From NCBI GenBank assembly GCA_029762535.1, contig JARVGK010000001.1:98860-162859 (forward strand): a DNA stretch of 64,000 bases, written 5' to 3'. This stretch comes from Thermoplasmatota archaeon. Lineage in GTDB: Archaea; Thermoplasmatota; Penumbrarchaeia; Penumbrarchaeales; Penumbrarchaeaceae. The position numbers and the translations under genes were made by a program. The notes under the pieces were generated by a model. The model did no database searches, was not told the DNA's origin, and saw only the letters and a program-made list of their open reading frames with translations. Below are positions 8,288 through 16,749 of the stretch, piece after piece (position 1 is the first letter of the stretch; the number at the start of each line of letters is the position of its first letter).

Positions 8288-11200
8288 TCAGGCGAACCCC
8301 TCCTTTATCTCCTTGTTAAGCCTTTCGAGTTGATCTGAAACGTTTGATAGATAGGCCAGGCTCCTCTTCTTCAGGAACAGGGTCGATATCTGAAGCGTCA
8401 GAGCAGCGACGACGGATATGAGGACCATGGACCATACGGGGATCCATGCCGTCGAATCGAGGAACGATAGCGGGATGCCAGATAGGCCGTTCTCGTTGAT
8501 GTAGGAAGGCCAAAGCCATATGGCCAGGGGTAGAAGCGACAGCATCGTCCCTCCTGCGAGGGAGACCCCGATCGGGATCAGAGGTGTCCGAATGGGGCCG
8601 CCAGTTCTCATCTGGTCCTTTTGCCCCTGGTATCCCATCAGATGCCTGATGTATTCGTTCCCGGACCTTGTGAGCAGGAATATCATCAGGGGAAGGATGA
8701 TCACAAGGTCGACCAATATTATTGCGGCCCCGAAGGTGTTCGCCAAGAGGATATTCCCTCTGGATTCGAAAGGAAGATAGAAGAGTATCGCCAAAACCCC
8801 TGATAGGCCGATCGAGAAGGGGAGCAGGTAGAGGCTTCTCCACCTGCCGCCGGAGAGATACCCTATCAGACCCGCAGCGGCTATGATGAGCAGCAGGGCG
8901 AACAACCCAACGGTTATCGGAAGAGGGGGCGAATAGTTCATTATTGCCACACTCCTGGATAACACGTTGTTCGATTCGGCCTCCCCCCTTCCCGTGACAG
9001 TATTCTCCACCACTTCATCCTCCGGGTCTATGACGATGCGGATATCGAGGTCGCGCCCTTTCTCGTACCAGAGAAGCCCGGGTATGTCGAACTCGACCTC
9101 CAGGAATAGGGGCGAATGCATGTCGTAGCTATCGGCGGGCATAGCTGGCCCTATCGTGTATGAACCCGCCTCGACCCCGTCGACCAGGACCATGACGGGA
9201 ATGGACCCCTGGTTCCTGTTTCCGGTCGTTACGAACCTGAGAGTGGCCCCCCCCCTCTCTCCCTCGTAGAGATCGAAGAAGGTGGAGGCTTCCGCATCAA
9301 TGAAGATATCGAAGAAGACAGCCCTGGCCAGCGAGATGTGCGATCTCGTCTTGCCAGCGCCTCCTTCGAGGTCTATGTTGATCCTCGCGTATGGGGATCC
9401 ATCCACCAGGTCGTCCGGAGCGGTGAGGACGATCTCCATGTCCCTGTATTCGTAAAGCTGAGTGAGTATGACGGAGAGCCTGTTCTGATCGATCATCCAA
9501 CCCCGGCTGAAGTCTCCCTCCTCGAAGAGGTACGAAGAAAGGGTATAATTCTTCTGTAGGGGGAATCCGAGCACCGGGACCTCACCTGGATCTGGCATGT
9601 TGCATATCCTTAGTTTCATCGCTGAGGATCGGCCCAGGTCCACGTCCAGGGTCTCCGATAGGACCCTTGACATAACGACGAAAGCGTAGAGACGGACCGA
9701 TCTGTAGGAGAGCCCGTCCCCTGCATAGGCGGATACGCTCACGGCCACCTCCTCCTCGTAAAGGGGAAGGTCGTCCGGGTCCGGGTTTATGGTGAGTTCA
9801 AGTGGGTAGATGGCGAATGGGTCCTGCTCGGTCGCGCTGCTGTTGATACTGGACCATTTAAGGTACCTTGACTCCGCCTCGATCTCCGCGCTCAATAGAT
9901 CGGGGCCGTTCCCCCTGTTCTCGATAAAGAGGGAAAAGGACACATCCTCGCCCGGGAGAACGTCCTTGGTGGACATCTCACCGGTGCGAAGGAAGATGCT
10001 CGACCTGTAGGCCTGCAGGACCCCAACGGACAGCTGGATATCGACCTTGCTGTCCCTGTCCCTTCTCGGAACGACCTCGAGGGTGGATACGACCTTCTCC
10101 ATCGCACGTATCCTCAACAAGGACAGGTCATCGTTCGAGTTCGCCTCGGCGATTTCGGGAAGGGTAAGGTTCACGCGAACGAATTCCCTGCGCCCTCTGG
10201 GTATCTGCACTGACCTGACATCCTCAAGGGAGCCCGTCGAAATGGTATGGCTCCAACTATCCGCGTCGTTCGTCAGGGCCAGGTCGAAGGTATCGTTGCC
10301 GTTCCCGTCGTTCTGTATCTCCACCTCGAACGATGCGAAATCTCCAGGTACCTTCCATACCTCGGTCGGCGTGTTCGCCTTTAACGTGACACCGGCTATG
10401 TATCTAACCGTCACGTTGATGAACACCTCGTCAAAGGCCGTCGGTGATATCAACGAGGCCGCCTTGACCTTCAGTGAAAGCTCCTGGTCGGCGGAGGCCT
10501 CGGATGAAGGCGTCACCAATACCCTGAAGGACCTGGACCGTCCCGGCTCGAGGTCAAAGGTGGACTCCTCGAAGTCCACTGTCCAGCCGGACAAGGCAGG
10601 CTGCGATAGCTGGACCATGATGCTATCGATGCCGTTGCCCAGATTGGTTAGGTTGAGCATCGATGAAACGGTCTCGTCCGGATAGGCCTCGATCTCCGTG
10701 GATTCCGGCTCGAGGTCCAGTGCGAAACCCTGTTTCACGGTTATCGTGACTGACGCCCTCCTCTCAAGGGAGGGTTCGGTCAGGGAGTTCACCCTGAGCG
10801 TAACGTTGACCCTCTCACCTATTGGAGCGCCTCTGGGAACGGTGACCTGTACCCATACGATCGAGGAATGATGACGGGACTGAGTGTCGTAGAGATATGG
10901 GAGCAGTGGTCCGAACGAGCTGCCCTGCGGGAAGTTCAGAAGCCAATCCATCGGAAGCTTCACGGAACCAGGCAACGGGATCGCCGCGGCGCTGCTCCGA
11001 TAAGAGTCCCAGGTATTCCCCGTATTGGTCACATTGAATGGGAGGAGCAGCCGGTCCCCGGGAGCCCCCTCCTTCCAGTCAGGGATCCCGTTCCCGTCGG
11101 AATCGGATTCGGGATCCTGCTCGGAGAAGAATGCCCATTCGGGGGGGGATATTGTGAAATCGATCAGCGGTCTTACGAAAACGGAGACCGTACCGGTCTT

Positions 11201-12775
11201 GGGGATCGACATGCCGTCGAAGGTCTCGTTGATGATGGGGGCCGCATGCACCAGTGCATCGCCCCTTCCCTCGAAGGGGAAAGGAGGGTAGATCACCTTT
11301 AACTGAACCCACTCGCTCCAGATGCCGCTCGGAAGGTACAGGTCCGGCCTGTTGTATCCGGCTGCCCATCTCTTGGATTCGGTCTCGTTGGGATCGACGG
11401 ACCATTTGGGGGTGAATAGAACGCCTTGGGGTCCGTTGGGGGCCGTGAGCTTGATATCCATGGGCGGGGGTGCCAGTCCCGCATCGTTGTTCACCGATCG
11501 GACGGAGATGTTGAAGCGGACCTCCCTGTATCCCTCTCTGTGCCAGGGCACAGTATGGTTTCGCGGGTCCACCTTCATTTCCACGGTGTGTACAAGGCCT
11601 ACGTCGACTAGCCCCTCGGCCGAGCCCTGGGCGAAGCTTATCGGGCTGTCCGCCTGTATCACAAGGGCTCCCAGGGCCCCTCTGTAGGTCAGGTCGGTCA
11701 TCATCGAGTCGTATTCCAGTTCAGGGATCATGATCCCTGCCCGTATGATCGTCGATTCCCCCTTCGACAGCACAGGGGTGAGGGAGCTGGACCATAATCT
11801 CACCATCCAGTTCGTGGGCCTGGGGACCGCCCTAACGGCGTAATTGTCTGCCAGGTCCCCTGTGTTCGTCAGGGTGAAGGTGAAATTGACCCAAGGGCCG
11901 CCCGGGTAGCCTTTCTGGACCGGGGGGTCCGCAATGATGAAGACCCCGCTCTGGACGGCGACGGAGGTGTTCACCACCGCAACAGCGCTGATATTCTCGT
12001 CCCCGTTCGAGACCACCCTTATTATCATCGTATCCCAATCGGTGACAAGGGCGTCCTCGGGGACCATCACGTTGAAGGATAAGGTGGATGACATCTCCTG
12101 GGGCTCGACAGTTCCCATACCGGTCTGGTAAGGCAGCATGATCCATCTCGATTCGACCGAGATGGAGTACGAGTCCTGCAGCGCCCCCCGATTCATGATG
12201 ACGAATTGATACGGCCTGTACGGCGTCTCTAGCGTCGATCGCCCCCTCTCTATCGTCTGTGAGCTGGGACCTATGTTGATCAGTTCGAAGGCGTACTGCC
12301 CGCTATCGAACACGTCGATGAGTATCTCGATATGATCGTCCCGGGGGTGGTCGTCATCCGCAATGATCGAGACATTGACCCGGTACCTGCCTGTGGATGT
12401 GGGCGTCCAGGGCGGGAACGTGTGGTTGAGTTCGCTTCCCGGAGACGACAGCGTGTCCGTAAGGTCCGAGCTGTTGGTGAATACGGCCGAGGAGGCGTTC
12501 CCAAAAGCCGGGAACCATACGGTGAGCTCGAGGAACACGCTCGAATCCAAATCCTCGGTTCCGGTGTTCCTGATCCAGGCGACGAACTGCTGCGAGGACA
12601 TAATGACGGCCGAACCGTTGGAATGTGAGGTTATCCCGATCAGGCTCACATCCTTCCCGTCGGCTCTGGAGGGCATTGCGTTCGATAGATGATAGTGTGG
12701 ATCGATCAAAGTTTGCGATAATAGTATCAATGACATTGCGACGGATAAGAGAAGGGCCACTCCTTTGAAGCTCAT
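8288..12775 (-). CDS. 1495-aa surface protein: CARDB/COG1470-type Ig-like repeats with a multi-TM C-terminal anchor
   Basis: Signal peptide; repeated (V/L)TNxG(N/D)xxDxY/F units; about 5 C-terminal hydrophobic helices. Confidence 0.85.
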   Translation of the reverse strand: MSFKGVALLLSVAMSLILLSQTLIDPHYHLSNAMPSRADGKDVSLIGITSHSNGSAVIMSSQQFVAWIRNTGTEDLDSSVFLELTVWFPAFGNASSAVFTNSSDLTDTLSSPGSELNHTFPPWTPTSTGRYRVNVSIIADDDHPRDDHIEILIDVFDSGQYAFELINIGPSSQTIERGRSTLETPYRPYQFVIMNRGALQDSYSISVESRWIMLPYQTGMGTVEPQEMSSTLSFNVMVPEDALVTDWDTMIIRVVSNGDENISAVAVVNTSVAVQSGVFIIADPPVQKGYPGGPWVNFTFTLTNTGDLADNYAVRAVPRPTNWMVRLWSSSLTPVLSKGESTIIRAGIMIPELEYDSMMTDLTYRGALGALVIQADSPISFAQGSAEGLVDVGLVHTVEMKVDPRNHTVPWHREGYREVRFNISVRSVNNDAGLAPPPMDIKLTAPNGPQGVLFTPKWSVDPNETESKRWAAGYNRPDLYLPSGIWSEWVQLKVIYPPFPFEGRGDALVHAAPIINETFDGMSIPKTGTVSVFVRPLIDFTISPPEWAFFSEQDPESDSDGNGIPDWKEGAPGDRLLLPFNVTNTGNTWDSYRSSAAAIPLPGSVKLPMDWLLNFPQGSSFGPLLPYLYDTQSRHHSSIVWVQVTVPRGAPIGERVNVTLRVNSLTEPSLERRASVTITVKQGFALDLEPESTEIEAYPDETVSSMLNLTNLGNGIDSIMVQLSQPALSGWTVDFEESTFDLEPGRSRSFRVLVTPSSEASADQELSLKVKAASLISPTAFDEVFINVTVRYIAGVTLKANTPTEVWKVPGDFASFEVEIQNDGNGNDTFDLALTNDADSWSHTISTGSLEDVRSVQIPRGRREFVRVNLTLPEIAEANSNDDLSLLRIRAMEKVVSTLEVVPRRDRDSKVDIQLSVGVLQAYRSSIFLRTGEMSTKDVLPGEDVSFSLFIENRGNGPDLLSAEIEAESRYLKWSSINSSATEQDPFAIYPLELTINPDPDDLPLYEEEVAVSVSAYAGDGLSYRSVRLYAFVVMSRVLSETLDVDLGRSSAMKLRICNMPDPGEVPVLGFPLQKNYTLSSYLFEEGDFSRGWMIDQNRLSVILTQLYEYRDMEIVLTAPDDLVDGSPYARINIDLEGGAGKTRSHISLARAVFFDIFIDAEASTFFDLYEGERGGATLRFVTTGNRNQGSIPVMVLVDGVEAGSYTIGPAMPADSYDMHSPLFLEVEFDIPGLLWYEKGRDLDIRIVIDPEDEVVENTVTGRGEAESNNVLSRSVAIMNYSPPLPITVGLFALLLIIAAAGLIGYLSGGRWRSLYLLPFSIGLSGVLAILFYLPFESRGNILLANTFGAAIILVDLVIILPLMIFLLTRSGNEYIRHLMGYQGQKDQMRTGGPIRTPLIPIGVSLAGGTMLSLLPLAIWLWPSYINENGLSGIPLSFLDSTAWIPVWSMVLISVVAALTLQISTLFLKKRSLAYLSNVSDQLERLNKEIKEGFA

Positions 12776-12966
12776 GATCCTGTCCTCGCCTGTTATTACG
12801 GTTCAACAGTCGGTATGTGTTTAAGCTTTTCTCCTGATTGCTACATTCTTAAAGGCCCCAGCCCACTTGATCCGAATTGAGGATAGGGTTCCGTTCAGCG
12901 CTGTTTAGGGGGGGTTGCAGCCCTGATTTGGATTATTTATATTGATGAGAACATCATCCGGGTCGT

Positions 12967-13569
12967 ATGATCGTATCGCTCTGCGGCACTCCCGGGACCG
13001 GCAAGACCACCGTGTGCCGGCAGATCCCCCCGAAGGAAGCAATGGTCATGGACATGAACGCTCTAATAACCGAGCTCGTTCCCGACCCGTGCCACGATCC
13101 AGCCTCTGATTCCCTAGTAGTGGACGTGGACGAGCTCCGCAGGGGGCTTGCAGCCTTTCAATGGCCCGAAGCAGGGCTAATCTTGATCGAGGGCCATCTG
13201 TCCTATCTCGCTCCTTCCGACCTTTGCCTGCTGCTCCGGCTCGACCCCAGGGAGATCAAGAACCGATTGCTTCGCCGCGGATATTCAGAGACCAAGGCGA
13301 GGGAGAACGCCGAGGCCGAAGGTGTTGGAACACTCCAGATATGGGCGATGGAGGAGGAGACATCGAGGCTGGCGGGCCAGGATCCGGAAGGGATCGTGCC
13401 CGGCTGCGGTCTCGTACTCGAAAGGGATGTCACAGGAATGGAGCCAGGCGATATCGCGTCATGGATACATGAAATGGTAAGGGGCTACGATGAAAAAGAA
13501 TTAAAACGCCTCATTCCATACAGGCCCGGTAACGTAGATTGGTTGGAGGTGCTGTCGGATTGGTTTTAG
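12967..13569 (+). CDS. AK6/Fap7-type adenylate kinase (COG1936)
   Basis: GTPGTGKTT, IEGHLS, RLLRRGYSETKARENAEAE. Confidence 0.92.
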   Translation: MIVSLCGTPGTGKTTVCRQIPPKEAMVMDMNALITELVPDPCHDPASDSLVVDVDELRRGLAAFQWPEAGLILIEGHLSYLAPSDLCLLLRLDPREIKNRLLRRGYSETKARENAEAEGVGTLQIWAMEEETSRLAGQDPEGIVPGCGLVLERDVTGMEPGDIASWIHEMVRGYDEKELKRLIPYRPGNVDWLEVLSDWF

Positions 13570-14363
13570 AGATGTTGAGGACCCCTTTCGGGAAACTCCT
13601 GGACCCTCTCGTCCTCCTTTTCAGGAACGTCCATCCCAACGTATTCTCGGTGCTTTCTCTTGTATTCTCGATCGTGGCCGGGGTCCTCTACGGATCATCG
13701 AACAGATGGGCCCCTTCCGCCAGCGGTATGGAGCTCCCATTCCTTCTTTTGATAGCCGCCATTTTCGTCATATTGAACTCCATCGCGGACTCGCTCGACG
13801 GCAGGATAGCCAGGTTCTCGAACCGAGCCAGCAAGTTGGGCGATTTCCTCGATCACAGCTTCGACAGGCTGTCCGACATAGCCATCCTCGCCGGCATAGC
13901 TTTTTCCGGATTTTGCGATACGACATTTGGCCTTCTCACCGTTGTCTCTGTCCTCCTGTCCTCATATATGGGGACACAGGCACAGGCGGTAAACGTTGGG
14001 AGGGATTACAGCGGGATCATGGGAAGGGCCGACAGGATGGTCCTGCTGCTGTTCGCATCAGCTATGCAGTTCCTGGTCATAGCGGGTTGGGGGGCGGAGG
14101 GGTGGGATCCACTAGGGGTGCTGGGGCATCGGATAAGCGTTCTCGAGATGTTGATGGGGATCATGCTCATCGGGGGTATATTCACAACCTTCCAGAGAGG
14201 CTACCAGACCTATATCGCCTTGAGGAGGATATCTAACGAGAACTCGGAAAGGCCCCCTCGTAACGCGGATCAGGGTCGGATCGAAAGAAAGGGCCGAAGG
14301 AACGTGCGAACCGTTGATGGTAATAATAGACGGCCAAAGTCCTCCGATCACCCGAAATATTAG
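13560..14363 (+). CDS. CDP-alcohol phosphatidyltransferase (archaetidylinositol-phosphate/PgsA family)
   Basis: Signature DSLDGRIAR..ASKLGDFLDHSFDRLSD. TTG start at 13560 has SD GGAGGTG at 13545-13551. Confidence 0.92.
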   Translation: MVLEMLRTPFGKLLDPLVLLFRNVHPNVFSVLSLVFSIVAGVLYGSSNRWAPSASGMELPFLLLIAAIFVILNSIADSLDGRIARFSNRASKLGDFLDHSFDRLSDIAILAGIAFSGFCDTTFGLLTVVSVLLSSYMGTQAQAVNVGRDYSGIMGRADRMVLLLFASAMQFLVIAGWGAEGWDPLGVLGHRISVLEMLMGIMLIGGIFTTFQRGYQTYIALRRISNENSERPPRNADQGRIERKGRRNVRTVDGNNRRPKSSDHPKY

Positions 14364-14396
14364 GCAATCTTTAAATACTATCCTCTCCAATGATGA

Positions 14397-14498
14397 GGGT
14401 GACCTGTTCTGGAGGCCGTATCCTCCTCGGGTCGTTCACTGCCCGGAAAGGGCCGGAGCCAATAGAGAGTGCATCCCATCCCCTCTAGCTTGTTTTTC
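14397..14498 (+). ncRNA. Candidate ~100-nt structured small RNA
   Basis: TATA TTTAAATA at 14370-14377; GGGTGACC/GGTCGTTC stem enclosing a GGAGG/CCTCC hairpin; GCCC-GGAAA-GGGC hairpin; T-tract at about 14490-14498. Confidence 0.3.
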
Positions 14499-14591
14499 CT
14501 GGCCCTTCCACATTGACCGCTCCATAGAGGTCCATATGTCGAGGTTGGGGGCGGCCCTCACCTTTTATACATGTTCATCGATCCTCTTATC

Positions 14592-15203
14592 ATGGGAGAA
14601 AAGAAGGCCAGAGGGATGTTCCCTCCGGTCGAGTTCAGGAGGAAGGTCTTCCACGTGATGCTGGGGACCGCCTTCATGCTCTTGATCGTGAACGCTCCCT
14701 GGGCCCTTGCGCCTTTGATAGTTCTCTTCATTGCGGGATCGATCCTTTCGCTTGTTCAGAATAAGAGGCAGCTTCCGGTCGTCACCGCGATCCTGGCCCG
14801 ATTCGACAGGGAGGGCGATCGCCTTCCGGGAATGGGGATCATAACGTTCTTCGCCGGCGTTCTGATAGTTTGGACCTTTTTCCCCCGCGATATAGCGCTC
14901 GCCGGATGCGCGGCCATGACCTTCGGCGATCCCATGGCCTCGGTGATCGGCATGGCCGCGGGCAGGCATGGATTGCCCTGGAACAGGTCCAAATCCATCG
15001 AGGGATCGGCGGCTTTCATTATAACGACGTTCGCATTTATGGCGCCAATGTACGGCCCTTTACAGGCGATCATCATAGCACTATCCGGCGCGGTCTTCGA
15101 AAGCATAGGCTATCCCAAGGGCAGTTTCATCAGCGACAACACGATCATACCATCGGGAACGGCCCTGCCGCTCTTCGCTTTCAGGATGATGCCTTATTTA
15201 TGA
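14592..15203 (+). CDS. Dolichol/phytol kinase-like membrane protein (COG0170)
   Basis: RRKVFH, FGDPMASVIG, KSIEGS, SDN motifs. Leaderless start fits TATA TTTTATAC about 29 nt upstream. Confidence 0.9.
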   Translation: MGEKKARGMFPPVEFRRKVFHVMLGTAFMLLIVNAPWALAPLIVLFIAGSILSLVQNKRQLPVVTAILARFDREGDRLPGMGIITFFAGVLIVWTFFPRDIALAGCAAMTFGDPMASVIGMAAGRHGLPWNRSKSIEGSAAFIITTFAFMAPMYGPLQAIIIALSGAVFESIGYPKGSFISDNTIIPSGTALPLFAFRMMPYL

Positions 15204-16642
15204 TCCATGTCGGAAGATCTCCTTCCGAGCAGGGATTCCACGGTGAAGAACTTGGATGCCTCGTCCCTGCTGATGGCCCCCTTCTCCACAGCGATATCCA
15301 TCACGGACCTTCCGCTCAGAGCCGATTCCCTGGCGATCTCCGCGGCCTTCATGTAACCTATCCTTCTGTTTAGAAGCGTTGCGAGGGCAGGGTTCTGCAT
15401 AAGTCTCTTGGACAGGGCCACCTCGTCGGCCTTGATCCCGACTATGCACTTCTCGGTGAAGACGGGAAGGAAGTTCACTAGGTATTCGGCGGAGCGCAGG
15501 ATCAGGTTCCCCATTATGGGCATCATCACGTTGAGTTCGAGCTGACCCGCGCAGGCGGCCTGGGATATCGCAAGGTCGTTCCCTATTATTACGAAGCATA
15601 TCTGGTTCAGGCATTCCGGAAGCACGGGGTTGACCTTTCCCGGCATGATCGACGATCCCGGCTGGACCGCGGGAAGTATGATCTCTCCGAGTCCGGAGGT
15701 GGGTCCCGAGGACATCAGCCTGAGATCGTTGGCGATGCGCCCTAGTTCGACCGCCAATTCCTTGTAGGACGATGAGACGGCGACGATCCTGGTCGTGGAC
15801 TGCATGGCCTCATAAGGCGAGGGGTTGGACCTCAGCTCAAGGCCCGTGATCCCCTTCAAACGCTCCGTTACGACACGCCTGTAGTCCTGATGCGTATTGA
15901 TCCCGGTACCTGTGGCCGTTCCACCCAGTGGCAGCTCGAGGAGCATCTCGTTCCTGCGCTCCATCTCCCCGGTGACCCTTTTCAGGGCCGTGCCGTATGC
16001 GGCGAACTCCTCGCCGAGGGATACGGGGACCGCGTCCTGAAGATGGGTTCTGCCAGGTTTCAACACGTTCCTGAACTCGTTCCCCTTCCGCACCAGGGCC
16101 TCGATCAGGAGACCCATGACGCCCTTGAGGTCCAGCGTCATACGGTGAACCGAAAGGTGCATCGCGGTCGGGAAGGTATCGTTCGTGGACTGGGCCATGT
16201 TCACATGGTCGTTGGGGGAGATCCTGTCATAGTCGCCCCGGTCATGTCCCAGTATCTCGAGGGCCCTGTTGGCGATGACCTCGTTGACGTTCATGTTCGT
16301 GGACGTCCCGGCCCCGGCCTGGAATCTGTCCACGGGAAAATGTTCCTTGAACGCTCCTTTGCGGACCTCGTCCGCAGCCTGGACGATGGCCTTGCCGATC
16401 CCCTCATCCATCCACCCCACCTCCATGTTCGCCAGGGCAGCGGCCATCTTTATCGAGGCATAGGCCTCGATGAGGTAAGGGTGGTTAGGCAGACCGGATA
16501 CCTCGAAGTTTCCCACCGCCCTCAAGGTCTGTATCCCGAAATAGGCCTCGGACGGCACCTCGAGCTCGCCCAGGGAGTCCCTCTCCCTTCGCGTTCCCTT
16601 TCCGGACTGGTCGAACGCCATTTTCTCAACTCCATCTGCCAT
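15194..16642 (-). CDS. aspA: Aspartate ammonia-lyase (fumarase/aspartase superfamily)
   Basis: GSSIMPGKVNP signature; QAGAGTSTNMN is aspartase-type rather than the QTGSGT of FumC. Confidence 0.85.
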   Translation of the reverse strand: MADGVEKMAFDQSGKGTRRERDSLGELEVPSEAYFGIQTLRAVGNFEVSGLPNHPYLIEAYASIKMAAALANMEVGWMDEGIGKAIVQAADEVRKGAFKEHFPVDRFQAGAGTSTNMNVNEVIANRALEILGHDRGDYDRISPNDHVNMAQSTNDTFPTAMHLSVHRMTLDLKGVMGLLIEALVRKGNEFRNVLKPGRTHLQDAVPVSLGEEFAAYGTALKRVTGEMERRNEMLLELPLGGTATGTGINTHQDYRRVVTERLKGITGLELRSNPSPYEAMQSTTRIVAVSSSYKELAVELGRIANDLRLMSSGPTSGLGEIILPAVQPGSSIMPGKVNPVLPECLNQICFVIIGNDLAISQAACAGQLELNVMMPIMGNLILRSAEYLVNFLPVFTEKCIVGIKADEVALSKRLMQNPALATLLNRRIGYMKAAEIARESALSGRSVMDIAVEKGAISRDEASKFFTVESLLGRRSSDMDHK

Positions 16643-16749
16643 TACCGGGAATCTCCACAAGTATTATAATAAGTAGTCATGATTGTCGGGGTGGAGATAT
16701 CCCACATCAAGATAATAAACAGGATGTCCATACCGTTGAAGGTGATACC

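Noticed and set aside
12880-12935. Guanidine-I (ykkC) riboswitch, suggested by TAGGGTTCCG
   Set aside because: The downstream conserved elements are absent and the gene context does not fit.
14428-14470. glnA riboswitch or C/D-box RNA identity for the candidate sRNA
   Set aside because: No closing GAACG strand and no CTGA D box.
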